Below are positions 9,951 through 19,632 of a stretch of 64,000 nucleotides of DNA, in pieces. The DNA comes from Myxococcales bacterium (GTDB lineage Bacteria > Myxococcota_A > Polyangia > Polyangiales > DASUME01): positions 1,120,001 through 1,184,000 of the forward strand of contig JASGJH010000001.1 in the NCBI GenBank assembly GCA_047601445.1. Direction: 5' to 3'. The notes below the pieces were generated by a model that saw nothing but the letters and a program-made list of their open reading frames with translations, did not search any database and had not been told where the DNA came from. Positions within the stretch are counted from its first letter, which is position 1; each line of letters begins with the position of its first letter. Position numbers and translations under genes: made by a program.

Positions 9951-10238
9951 GTGGACACCTCGCTCGAACGCCCGCGCCTACGCACCGAGCGAGCCTTCCC
10001 GCTCCAAGCGCTCCGCATCGCCAGTTCGCGCGAGGTGGTGCAGCCGGCGCTGCGCACGGCTCTTTTCGTGGGGACCTTGCTCAATCTCATCAACCAGGGA
10101 GATGCGCTGATCGGTCCAGCGCAGCTCGCCATCGGCAAGCTGCTGTTCACGTACTGCGTGCCGTACTGTGTCTCCAGCTATACCGCGACGCGCCTCCTGC
10201 TGCGCGCTGCGGCCGCTAGGGCGACCGGCCAGCGCTGA
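9951..10238 (+). CDS. nrtS: NrtS-family small nitrate/nitrite transporter
   Basis: ALFVGTLLNLINQGD...LFTYCVPYCVSSY signature with two TM helices. Confidence 0.75.
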   Translation: MDTSLERPRLRTERAFPLQALRIASSREVVQPALRTALFVGTLLNLINQGDALIGPAQLAIGKLLFTYCVPYCVSSYTATRLLLRAAAARATGQR

Positions 10239-10285
10239 CCCGCAGCGGAGCCGCACGACTTGCGGACGGGACAGCAACCCGTCCA

Positions 10286-11179
10286 TCAGTCTCGTGCCAG
10301 CTGGGCCAGGCGGCTTCTCAGGAACGCGGCCAGGCAATCGACGCGGCGCACTCCCTGGGTGCTAGCATGCCGAACCAACCACACATCCAGCGGCGCCGTG
10401 GCGCGGTCGGGCAAGACGCGCACGAGCCCGGACGTGGTGGTGACCAGCACGCCAATCCCCAGGTGGAGGGCCACGGACTGACGCACGAGCGGCGTACTGT
10501 TGACCCGCACCGCGAAGCGCTCCACCGCCAAGTCCGCAAGGAAGCGCGCGGGGAGCATGTCTACGAGGCTGCCAGCGAACCCGACGAAGTCGTGGGCATC
10601 CAGGTCGCCGACGTTCCTGGGCAGACCGCGGCGCTTCACGTAGTCGGCCGAGGCGAACAAGCCGAAGCGCAGCGAACCGAGCTTGCTCACACGCAGACCG
10701 CGCTCTCGAGGCCGGGGCACGCGAATGGCCAGATCGGCCTCACCGCGCGAAAGGTCGTAGATGCGCGTGTCGATCGCGAGTTCCAAGTCGATTTGGGGGT
10801 ACAGCGCTCTGAACTCGGCCACCACGGGCACCAGGGCATCCCCGAAGCCTTCACCTGCGGTGAGTCGGACCCGGCCGCTCAGCCGGCTGTCCAGGTTGGC
10901 CACACCGTGTTCGGCCCGCTGCATCATCGCTTCCATGGAGCTGGCTGCGCCGGCGAGCAGGCGACCCGAGGAGGTCAAGACGACCCCGTGCGGTCTGCGC
11001 TCCACCAAGCGCACGCCAAGACGTCGCTCCAGTGCAGCGACGCGTCGGGACACCGTGCTGGTGGCGATCCCGAGCGACTGAGCGGCGGACTGGAAGGACC
11101 GGGTGCGCGCGGTCGCCTCCAGGATCCGATAGTCATCCCAGCTGACGTGCCCGGCGTTGCTCGTGTTGGCGCTTTGCAT
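10286..11179 (-). CDS. LysR family transcriptional regulator
   Basis: WDDYR...SFQSAAQSLGIATSTVSRRVAALERRLGVRL HTH followed by a substrate-binding domain. Confidence 0.93.
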   Translation of the reverse strand: MQSANTSNAGHVSWDDYRILEATARTRSFQSAAQSLGIATSTVSRRVAALERRLGVRLVERRPHGVVLTSSGRLLAGAASSMEAMMQRAEHGVANLDSRLSGRVRLTAGEGFGDALVPVVAEFRALYPQIDLELAIDTRIYDLSRGEADLAIRVPRPRERGLRVSKLGSLRFGLFASADYVKRRGLPRNVGDLDAHDFVGFAGSLVDMLPARFLADLAVERFAVRVNSTPLVRQSVALHLGIGVLVTTTSGLVRVLPDRATAPLDVWLVRHASTQGVRRVDCLAAFLRSRLAQLARD

Positions 11180-11190
11180 GGATGCAAAGC
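11171..11190. promoter_or_regulatory. Probable LysR binding site
   Basis: Perfect inverted repeat GCTTTGCAT-GG-ATGCAAAGC between the divergent LysR and epimerase genes, overlapping the LysR start. Confidence 0.6.
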
Positions 11191-11237
11191 GGTTTAGCAC
11201 GCCGCCCTCCGGCGCCGCCGAGCGCCAAGCTCAATCC

Positions 11238-12200
11238 ATGAACCTGACCACCCCCTCTGCATTCGTCACGGGAGCGACTGGCTTCGTGGGGCAGCACCTC
11301 GTGCGCCTCTTGTTGAACGCGGGCTGGCGCGTCACGGTCCTGGCGCGCTCGCCAGAGCGGGTGCGCGCGCCGGGCCACGTGGAGATCGCGCAAGGAGACC
11401 TGAGAGACGCGCGCAGCGTCATGGCGGCCATGCCTACCGACCTGGACGCGGTCTTCCACGTGGCGGCCAACATCAATTTCAGCGCAACCCACGAGCAGTG
11501 GCTCGACAACGTGGTGGGCACCGAGCACATGCTGGAGGCGGCCCTAGCGCGCCGAGCCAAGCGCTTCGTGTTCACCTCCACCTCGGCGGTCTGGGGGCTC
11601 GATCACGAGCACTTCGACGAGACGAGCGAGCGGCGCGGGCAGCAGACCGGGATCGCCTACATCGCGAGCAAGTTGGCTGCAGAGGAGCGTGTGCAGCAGG
11701 CGGTTTGCCGCGGCCTTCATGCCGTCATCCTCAACCCCGGTCACGTGGTGGGCCGCTCGGCCGGACAAGGCTGGCAGCGGCTGTTCGTGCAACTCCAAGC
11801 CCGCAAGATGCCCTTCGCGCCGCCGGGCGTGGCCTCATGGTGCGCCGTGGACGCATTGGCGCGAGCACACCTGGCCGCAGCCCTGCGCGGAGAGAGCGGT
11901 ACCAACTACTTGATTGGCGGCTGCGACGCGAGCTACCTGGAGTTTACCCGTGAGGCCGCCGCGGCCCTGGCGGTATCGGAGCCGAGCGCTGCGCCGGCCT
12001 GGTTGGTCCGCAGCTCGGCGCGACTCGAGCAATGGCGCTTCCGGATGGGCGGCCCGACGCCGGAGGTGGGGCCAGACCTTGCGCAAATCCTGTGCGGGCG
12101 CCTGCTGTTCTCCTCCGCCAAGGCGGAGCGCGAACTCGGCCACCTCAGGTGCGACCTGGGGGGTCTCATTCGGTCGGCGCTGCCGGTCGAGCTGACCTGA
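11238..12200 (+). CDS. NAD-dependent epimerase/dehydratase (dihydroflavonol reductase-like extended SDR)
   Basis: FVTGATGFVG, VFHVAA and YIASK motifs. Confidence 0.9.
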   Translation: MNLTTPSAFVTGATGFVGQHLVRLLLNAGWRVTVLARSPERVRAPGHVEIAQGDLRDARSVMAAMPTDLDAVFHVAANINFSATHEQWLDNVVGTEHMLEAALARRAKRFVFTSTSAVWGLDHEHFDETSERRGQQTGIAYIASKLAAEERVQQAVCRGLHAVILNPGHVVGRSAGQGWQRLFVQLQARKMPFAPPGVASWCAVDALARAHLAAALRGESGTNYLIGGCDASYLEFTREAAAALAVSEPSAAPAWLVRSSARLEQWRFRMGGPTPEVGPDLAQILCGRLLFSSAKAERELGHLRCDLGGLIRSALPVELT

Positions 12201-12270
12201 CGTGCTCGTCACTCATGGCGCCCTGGGCGGCGTCTCGAGCACAACTACTCTAGCCAGCTAGACTATCTGC

Positions 12271-13221
12271 GTGATGCGACTGGCCGACGTCGAAGCCGAG
12301 CTCCTGAGGCACGCTCAAGCAGAGAAGCGGCGCTGGCAGCACATCGCCAAGTTGCTGATGGACGTGGAGCAGGAGCGGCTCTGGGAGGGACACGCAGCGT
12401 CGTTCACGGCGTGGATCCAGGGCATGGCCAGGCGCAGCGATCTGCAGGAATCCATGTTTTGGCGCTGCCTCAAGGCCGGCCGTCTCTATCTCGAGCTCAC
12501 GGGCAGCGACGCCCTCGACGCGAGCGAAGCGTTGTCGGCCGAATCGCTCGAGCTCGCCGACAAGATTCGTCGGCACGCGCCCAAAGCAGTTACGGACCAG
12601 GTCCTGGCGCGGACCCTCGAGGGGGAGCTCAGTCGGACCGAGCTGCGTGACGTCTGGGCGACCTATAAGCCCGCCGCTGGCGGTGCCACCGCACGGGGCA
12701 GGCTTCCAACGGATCCGGAGGAGCGCGACGAGGCCCTAGCGGCCCGCCAAGCGACCTGGCAAGCGCGCAAGCGCCAGCCAGAGAACCGCTCCGAGGTGCG
12801 TCGCGGAGAGATGCTGGCGAGCTTCCGTGAGGGGACCTGGCTCGGCCCCTTCGACCAGGCCCGGGCGGAGACCCGTCTGAGCAGCGCGGGCGGCCGCCAG
12901 GCGGCCGTGCTCACCGTACGTCGCGATGCGCGCGACCCAGAACGCATCGAGATCCACGGCCTATGGACTTGCGTGGTCGAGCCCGAGCTCGCCGACTTCG
13001 AGTTCAAGGCCAGGGCTGGCACGGATTTCATGTGGCTGGCCGTGACCCCCGAGATCAGCCGACGTGCGCTCGCCAAGGCTCCGCACATGGTCGGCATCCT
13101 GGAGCTCATGCCCAACCGGACCCTGCGCGTGGGCCGCGAGGCCCAGCGGCGGCCCGTGAACGCCCAAGCGCGGCTCGAGCTCCTGGGCGAACTCTTGCAG
13201 CGGGCCTATCTGTGGCCGTGA
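12271..13221 (+). CDS. Hypothetical protein: helical N-domain plus degenerate MmcB-like PD-(D/E)XK domain
   Basis: GC3-biased ORF. C-terminus IEIHG...DFMWLAVTP...P..VGILEL...LRVGREA resembles the MmcB-like fold, but the catalytic residues are absent. Confidence 0.6.
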   Translation: MMRLADVEAELLRHAQAEKRRWQHIAKLLMDVEQERLWEGHAASFTAWIQGMARRSDLQESMFWRCLKAGRLYLELTGSDALDASEALSAESLELADKIRRHAPKAVTDQVLARTLEGELSRTELRDVWATYKPAAGGATARGRLPTDPEERDEALAARQATWQARKRQPENRSEVRRGEMLASFREGTWLGPFDQARAETRLSSAGGRQAAVLTVRRDARDPERIEIHGLWTCVVEPELADFEFKARAGTDFMWLAVTPEISRRALAKAPHMVGILELMPNRTLRVGREAQRRPVNAQARLELLGELLQRAYLWP

Positions 13222-13257
13222 AGCGGCGCGGGTCAGGTATCGAGCGGAGGGCCGGAC

Positions 13258-14427
13258 TCACGAGCCTCGCGGCTCCACCAGCGGTGTGCCCATCAGCGAG
13301 CGCAGCGCGAGTCGCCCCGCGAACTGGGTAACAAGCGCGATCCCGGGCAGGCTGGCTGCTCGGCTGTAGGCGCGGAGCACCCGAACGAGCGACCGCAGCC
13401 TGTCCTCGGAGCTGGCAGGAATGGCGAGCGCGTCGGCCCATGATTCTCCTAGCATCCGGCGCATCATGGCGACCTGCATGGTCGGCGGGATGCCACGCGT
13501 CTGAGGCGCACTGCGCAAGCCTGCGATGACCTCGGCCACCAGCGCACGTGAGCGATCGTCGGGCGCGAAAGCAAAGGGCAACACCGCCTCGTCGAAGGCG
13601 TCCTGGTCTTCTTGAGTCTGCCCGAGCAACTGAGGAGGCACGCCCAGCAGGTAGGTGACGTAGCGCCACGCCATCCGATGGCCGAGCGCTTCGTCTTCTT
13701 CGACGACCGCCCCGAGCCCAGCCATGCCTGCAAGCAGTCGCGTCCCGAAGAATGCCGGGCCCGTCGCGGTCTGGAGCGCGCTAATGGGGACGCCGCGCAG
13801 GCGCGCGTCCCAGTCGGGCCGTCGCCGCAGGTGGTGACGCACGGCGGCATGGATCAGCCGTACGCGTAGGCACACTTGCCACATGCGCGCGTCGGGACGC
13901 AGCGCGTCGGTGTCCGTCACGCCAAAGAACAGCAGGGCAGACTCCTGGAGCCGACGGGGAACGCTGGCCGCGAAATGTCCGGTGCCACCGAACACCGCCG
14001 CGGAGTCGGGATGCACGAACACCAGCGGCAACGCCCCATAGGACAGCGCCAAGATCATCATGGGGAAGTTACGCTGCGCCATCGCGCCGCCGCGCCGCAT
14101 CAGCGCGAAGTCGACCCATTCGGGTACGCTTCGCATCTGACCCAGCAGCGCCGAGGCGGCGGAGCCCTCGTCGTCGGCTTGCTCGAGCAGCGCCGGATAC
14201 GCGTCCTTCAGCGCGATGCGCCGCGCGCGCAGCTCTGCGAAGAAGGCGTCTGCCTGTGGGTCGCCCGCGTGCCGAAAGTGCTCCACGGCGGCGAGGAAGG
14301 CCTCGGGGTCACGCTCCAGGCACTCTCGTTGAAACCACGCGGGCGGCGCAACGGTGGGCGTCGGGTCAGGTTCGACTTCGCGCAGGTCATTCCGTGGATG
14401 GGTGCGCTCCACGATGTCCATCGACAT
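13258..14427 (-). CDS. MpaB/Lcp (rubber oxygenase-like, DUF2236) heme oxygenase family protein
   Basis: P.WVD, RRL.E, RVRLIHAAVR and W...GVPI motifs. Confidence 0.85.
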   Translation of the reverse strand: MSMDIVERTHPRNDLREVEPDPTPTVAPPAWFQRECLERDPEAFLAAVEHFRHAGDPQADAFFAELRARRIALKDAYPALLEQADDEGSAASALLGQMRSVPEWVDFALMRRGGAMAQRNFPMMILALSYGALPLVFVHPDSAAVFGGTGHFAASVPRRLQESALLFFGVTDTDALRPDARMWQVCLRVRLIHAAVRHHLRRRPDWDARLRGVPISALQTATGPAFFGTRLLAGMAGLGAVVEEDEALGHRMAWRYVTYLLGVPPQLLGQTQEDQDAFDEAVLPFAFAPDDRSRALVAEVIAGLRSAPQTRGIPPTMQVAMMRRMLGESWADALAIPASSEDRLRSLVRVLRAYSRAASLPGIALVTQFAGRLALRSLMGTPLVEPRGS

Positions 14428-14484
14428 ACGGAATCCGTCAAGGCTTGGTGTTGGAAGGGGGGCGGTGGCAGGCGCGCTCGCGCC

Positions 14485-16027
14485 CTAGTGCAGCTGCGCG
14501 CGGTACGCGCCCAGGTCCTGTGCGAGGCCGCGCCTCAAGTCCGCCATGAAGGCGCGCATATCCGCTTCCGCCTTCGGTGTTGCGACAAGCTTGTGGTTGA
14601 CGGTGGCCATCGCCATCTTCACGAGCCGATTGTCGGCGGCCTCGATCTCGCCCTTGATCTCGAGCACGCCGTCGCCGCCGCGGGCTTGCGCTCCGAGCTT
14701 GGCGTCGAGCGCGATTCCCCGCCCCGCATTGCCTTCGAGGGCCACGCGGAAGAACTCGAGCGTGACGCTGCGGACGTCGCCGGGGATGAAGACGTCAACC
14801 AGGCCCAGCGGCATGAAGCCGAAGGCTGCCCCCGTGACGTCGAGGGACTTGGGCATCTGCGTCGCCCGCAGGTGAAGCTCCGCGTGTGCCTCGCGGGGCT
14901 CGAACTTTAGATCGATGGAGAATCCCGCAAAGGTCATGCTGAAGCCCATCAGGTCCACCGTGCCGTCGATGATCAAGCGGCCGGTATGCGGCGTCGTTTG
15001 TGTGAGCCGCGAGGGCTCCGCGTCCTGCGCGACCTTGCCGTCCACGGAGGGCCAGAGCGCGCCCTCCTTCAGGAAGCAGTCCACGTCGATGGCCAGCGTT
15101 TCGCTGTCGATGCGTGCCTTGAGCAACGTTCGCCCACGCGCGTCGAGCCAGGTGAAGGACATGCGGCCAACCTTGTCGAGCTTGTGCATGTAACGGGCGA
15201 ACTCAGGGTGGGTCCGCGCGAAGCGGTCCATCACGCCGCGCAGGCGGAGCTGGATGTGCTGGATGTCGTTTCCCGTGTCCCATGAGCGCACGTCGTCGAT
15301 GCGCCCCATCTGAGACAGCATCTGACTCATGTGCGGATAGGCGCGGAACAACGGTGCCATGACGGCCAGGTCCTCGGACTTCAGTGCTGGGTGCAGCCTG
15401 CGTAGCTCTTCGGGGATGGGGTCTCCGGACGGCGCGTCGTTCCGTGGTGGCAAGCTACGCGTGAGGAACGTGGAAAGGCCTGCGCTGATGTCGCCGAAGT
15501 CCACCGGGCCGATGCCGAGCCCGAGCTCCGTGGCGAGGAGATAGCCGTGCGCTTCGTCTTTGGGTGGGCTGGCGCGCACCACCTGCGAGGCATCTCCAAG
15601 TGCGCGGCGAGGTCCAGCGAGGCTCACGCCAAAGGCTTCTCCGGCCCGCACGCGCCGAACCACGAAGGCCGAACCCGTGAGCTCTCCGCGTAGTGCCAGT
15701 TCGTGCTGTTCGTGGCCCGCCTCGGGAAGGAGCCGATAGAACCGCGACAGGTCGAAGTCCCGCAGGGCCGCCACGCCGCGATCCAGAATCAGCTGGACCT
15801 CCTGCTCCACCTCACGGTGCTCGAGCACGAGCTCGGCCGCTCGCAGCATGCGCTCCATATGGCTCACGGCGAGTCGCGGGTCGCCGCGCCCAAACAGCTG
15901 AATCCATGGCTCCCAGGTCGCATCCAGGGAGGTGCCGGCGAGCGACGCCTGCGAAGTCGCGGCCGACAGGGCGATCACAACGAGAACGAGGAGGGGATCC
16001 TGGACGAGTTAGTCTAAGGAAATGCAT
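14485..16027 (-). CDS. Hypothetical secreted protein (probable 1-nt frameshift in the signal peptide)
   Basis: 497-aa GC3-biased ORF 14485-15978. Removing one C from the run near 15995 joins the ATG at 16027, giving the signal peptide MHFLRLTRPGSLLVLVVIALSAATSQA. Confidence 0.65.
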
Positions 16028-16264
16028 GCAAACTCCCTGGGTTAAACGCCGATCCGGCGAGCGGAGCTGGCGCGCCAGAAACTGCGATAGGAAAGCGTGA
16101 GAAGCCCCGGCGAGACGGGGGCAAAGAGCCGCACGGTGGCGCTAAGCCGGAGCAGGCTGGCGCGCGCTCCAGCCCGCTGGGAGCTGCGGGGAGCGCCGCC
16201 ATTCTCGACGGGAAAAGCCAGTCAAGGTAGGCTGCGCCGTGCTCGACGCGAGTCGGTTTCCCGC

Positions 16265-16864
16265 ATGCTGAAGTACGCGCTCCTCGGTTTCCTGCTGAAG
16301 CAGCCCATGACGGGCTATGACCTCGAGCGCTGGATCCGTTCTTCGCTGAGCTACTTTTGGCCTGCGCAGCTCAGTCAGGTCTACCGCACCCTGAAGCAGC
16401 TCGAGGACGAGGGGCTGGTGGCCTCCGAGATCGCGCCCCAGGAGAGCCGACCCGATCGTCGCGTGTACTCGGCGACGCCGAGCGGGCTCACGGATTTCGC
16501 CAAGTGGATCACGCCGTTCGTCACCGAGATCGACGCCATTCGCGTTCCGTTCTTGGTGCGCTTCTTCATGTCTGGCATCCGCTCGCCCGACGATATCATC
16601 ACGCAGTTGCGCATTCTGCGCGGCCTCTACGTGAAGCACGAAGAGGAGCTGGCCCAGGATGTGTCCGCCGGCATCGAGCAGGCCAAATCGACCTTTCCCC
16701 ACACCGATCTCGAGCCGCTGCTGTGGGACGCCACGCGCCGTGCTGGTGAGCTGATGACGCAGGCCTGGATCGTGTGGATCGACGAGACGATCGCGCGCCT
16801 CCAGGACTACCAGAAGCAACGCCAGACCAAGGCTGACAAGCCCCCGAGTCCCAGGCGCAAGTAG
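16265..16864 (+). CDS. PadR family transcriptional regulator
   Basis: LKYALLGFL..PMTGYDL...FW.A.LSQVYRTLKQLEDEGLV...RPDRRVY. Confidence 0.93.
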   Translation: MLKYALLGFLLKQPMTGYDLERWIRSSLSYFWPAQLSQVYRTLKQLEDEGLVASEIAPQESRPDRRVYSATPSGLTDFAKWITPFVTEIDAIRVPFLVRFFMSGIRSPDDIITQLRILRGLYVKHEEELAQDVSAGIEQAKSTFPHTDLEPLLWDATRRAGELMTQAWIVWIDETIARLQDYQKQRQTKADKPPSPRRK

Positions 16865-16881
16865 CGCGCTCCCGTGGGCCG

Positions 16882-17799
16882 TCACGGCGCACCGAGAAGC
16901 AGGGAAGGGGGCAACTGCGGGCCCTCGAGCGCGGGCTCGGCGTGTTCCGCGAACCATGTCAGCAAGCTCTGCGAGAACTCCCGTGGCTGTTCGCGAAAGG
17001 GCCAGTGTCCCGCGGCGAAGTTCTGGACGCGCGCGCGGCGGAAGTAGCGCGCGCTGTGTTCGGCGGTGCCTGTCGCGAACGCGCCGTCTCGCGTGCCCCA
17101 CAGAATGAGCGCCGGCACCTCGATGGTGCGCCGCAGCAAACCCACGTCCGCGGCTAGCATGTTGCGAAAGAGCGCCCGATACCAGTACAGCGGCATGCGT
17201 GCCGAGCCCGGATTTCGCCTCCAGTGCTCCCGATAGCGCGCCAGCAAGCTCGGATCGTCGATGTGGGCTCCGTAACGGAGCATGAACGCCAGCAGCGCCG
17301 AATCACCCAGTTCGAACAGGCGATCGGCGAGCCATGGGATCTGGAAGAAGAACATGTACCAGCTGCGCAGGATCTGAGAGGGACGCAGCAGCAGTGCTTT
17401 GGCGAAGACGAGCGGGTGGGGCGCATTCACGAGGGTCAACGAACGCACTAGGTCCGGTCGGCGGATTGTGAGCCAAGCAGACACGGCTCCTCCCCAATCG
17501 TGGCCCACCAGGTGCACGGGCCCGAGCTCGAGATGTTCGATCAAGAGCGCGATGTCCTCGCTGAGCGTCTCCACGCGATAGTCGCGCACTCGTGGAGGCT
17601 TGCTCGACGCCCCGTAGCCGCGCTGATCGGGCGCGACCACACGAAAGCCGCGCTGGGCGAGCGTCGCCATCTGCGCTTCCCATGTGAACCACAGGTCCGG
17701 CCAACCGTGCAGGAGCAGCACCGGGGTGCCTTGCTCGGGACCCGCGGAGGCGTAGTGAAGGGTCACTCCCCTGAGGTCGGCATGCGACGTGCTGAACAT
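16882..17799 (-). CDS. Epoxide hydrolase-type alpha/beta hydrolase
   Basis: LLHGWP, APDQRGYG, GHDWGG, SWYMFFFQ and GHW motifs. Confidence 0.92.
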   Translation of the reverse strand: MFSTSHADLRGVTLHYASAGPEQGTPVLLLHGWPDLWFTWEAQMATLAQRGFRVVAPDQRGYGASSKPPRVRDYRVETLSEDIALLIEHLELGPVHLVGHDWGGAVSAWLTIRRPDLVRSLTLVNAPHPLVFAKALLLRPSQILRSWYMFFFQIPWLADRLFELGDSALLAFMLRYGAHIDDPSLLARYREHWRRNPGSARMPLYWYRALFRNMLAADVGLLRRTIEVPALILWGTRDGAFATGTAEHSARYFRRARVQNFAAGHWPFREQPREFSQSLLTWFAEHAEPALEGPQLPPSLLLGAP

Positions 17800-17860
17800 G
17801 GTCCATCCCTCTTGCCTGAGCGCGCGACGGTGGCTGCAAACTGCACCGATACCGCACCAG

Positions 17861-17884
17861 GCATACAGAACATGTTCTATATGC
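17861..17884. promoter_or_regulatory. 24-bp near-perfect palindromic operator upstream of the hydrolase
   Basis: GCATACAGAACATGTTCTATATGC, with one mismatched pair. Confidence 0.6.
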
Positions 17885-17945
17885 TGTGGTCAATATGAAA
17901 CGCGCTGGGGGCACCCGCGAGGAGTTGGCTCCTCGGTGCGCCCAG

Positions 17946-19547
17946 TCAGATGGGCCCTACCGCGATCGCGATGCCGGACGGCCCGTCGTTCACGCCCGGT
18001 GCACCGCCTCCGCCAGCGGCGCCCGCTGCCCCGACCTTGACGTTGTCGCGCGTGAAGCCGTCGAGCTCCGGAGCGCTGCCTCGAAACGCGATACCGATGG
18101 AGATGCCACCCGCTCCCCCTCCGCCCGCACCGCTGGCACCGCCCTGGCCACCGCTGCCACCTGTGCAGCCGCCGCCAAAACCGGTCCCACCCTGACCTCC
18201 GGCGCCGCCGCTTGCGCTGCGCCCCCCTTGACCGCCATCGCCTGCCTTCGCTGTCGTGACGAAGGAGTTCTCGAGTCGGATGCTCGCCTCGATCATCAGC
18301 AATCCGATACTCGCGCCACCGCCCTGGCCCCCGAACGATCCCGAAGCTCCGCAGCCGCCGCAGCCGCCGCTGCCACCACCGCCGGGGTCGTTCGGTGCGC
18401 TTGCACCACCGCCCCCACCGCCCTGACCCACCGATCCCGGTCCACCTGCCGTCCCGTCCGCAGGCACGAAGCCATGCTCGGCGTCGACGTAGCCGATGAC
18501 TGGCAGTGGAGGGGCATGGTTACCGGTCGCCCCTTGGGAGCCGGCCATCTGATGCGAGTCGCCTTTCGCGCATTGCTCGGCGGTCTGGCCTCCGCCCACC
18601 GCGTTAGGCGGAACTGCGACGCCCCCGACGGGGCCACCATTCCCACCGGTGGTGGTCCCCGCGGTAGCATCTCCTCCGGCGCCTCCGATGGTGATGTCGC
18701 CGCTGCTGCAGGTGCAAATCCTCGTGTCTCCTCCGTGCTCGTTGGAGTTGGAGCCGTTGCCACCGGGGTAAATGTCGTGCGTCCCTGGGAATCCCCCGCT
18801 TCCTGGGGTCCCGCTCGCTGCGGTCTGCGCTTGCAGCAGCACGCGTCGAAACACCACCTCGGACGAGCGAGAGACGAAGGCCGCCACACTCGAGCGCGCC
18901 TGGGACGTCCCAGCGGCAGCGACGAAGGCCAGGTCGCTGAGCGCTACGCCCTGAACTCCGTCGACGTGGATCGCGTAGGCGCCCGGCGGCGGCAGCAGGT
19001 AGACCAACTTCCCGATGTGGCTCCACGACCCGCACGCGAAGCCCCCGTGCAGGCTCACCGCGCTCGTGAGCTCCACGCTCTCTGCGTAGATGCCCTGGCA
19101 GAGATAGATTCGGGACCGCCCGTTCCTCTTCGCGAGGGCCGCGCCGATGGTCTTCAGCGGGGCGTCTCTGGTGCCTGGGTTCGCGTCATTTCCCGTACTG
19201 TCGACGAAGACACCAGCTTGTTCGGTCACGCAGCTCGGCGTGTCGCGCGGGTCCGCAGCGGTGTCGCAACCCGGAGTCGGTAGCACGATGGATCCGCCGT
19301 CTGTTGGAACGCACCCACTGCCGGAGTCACAGCTCGGCGGCGGCAGCTGAAGCCCGCCGTCGAGAGGAAAGCAAGCATCGCCGGCATCGCAGGGGGACGG
19401 CGCGGGCGCTTGGACACCGGCCTCGCTCGGCGAGCAACTCGCGCACTCCTGGGACGGTTGCGGATCGACCGCGTTGTCCCCGCAGGCCATCAGGCCCAGC
19501 AGGAACAACCGCGAAAGCCTCGGAAATCGCTGTGGGTGGTTCCTCAT
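17946..19547 (-). CDS. Glycine-rich (PGRS-like) lipoprotein with DUF1565-like/beta-helix segment
   Basis: Lipobox LMAC, VFVDSTGNDANPGTRDAPLKTIGAAL motif, long GGxGG-rich C-terminus. Confidence 0.8.
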   Translation of the reverse strand: MRNHPQRFPRLSRLFLLGLMACGDNAVDPQPSQECASCSPSEAGVQAPAPSPCDAGDACFPLDGGLQLPPPSCDSGSGCVPTDGGSIVLPTPGCDTAADPRDTPSCVTEQAGVFVDSTGNDANPGTRDAPLKTIGAALAKRNGRSRIYLCQGIYAESVELTSAVSLHGGFACGSWSHIGKLVYLLPPPGAYAIHVDGVQGVALSDLAFVAAAGTSQARSSVAAFVSRSSEVVFRRVLLQAQTAASGTPGSGGFPGTHDIYPGGNGSNSNEHGGDTRICTCSSGDITIGGAGGDATAGTTTGGNGGPVGGVAVPPNAVGGGQTAEQCAKGDSHQMAGSQGATGNHAPPLPVIGYVDAEHGFVPADGTAGGPGSVGQGGGGGGASAPNDPGGGGSGGCGGCGASGSFGGQGGGASIGLLMIEASIRLENSFVTTAKAGDGGQGGRSASGGAGGQGGTGFGGGCTGGSGGQGGASGAGGGGAGGISIGIAFRGSAPELDGFTRDNVKVGAAGAAGGGGAPGVNDGPSGIAIAVGPI

Positions 19548-19632
19548 TGCGCATCCTTGATACGCCCCGGCCAGCGCGCGCGGCACCCGCAAGATTGCGG
19601 TGCCCCTCCGCAAAAATGCATAACATCGGCCC

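Noticed and set aside
16081..16170. Hairpin plus GCAAA...GCTAA resembling a c-di-GMP-I riboswitch upstream of padR
   Set aside because: The conserved core and P1 pairing could not be matched by eye. An Infernal/Rfam search would be needed.
17946..18800. GGC/CCG-rich repeats as a possible array or true PE-PGRS gene
   Set aside because: Low-complexity Gly codons inside a CDS. There is no PE domain and no repeat-spacer structure.
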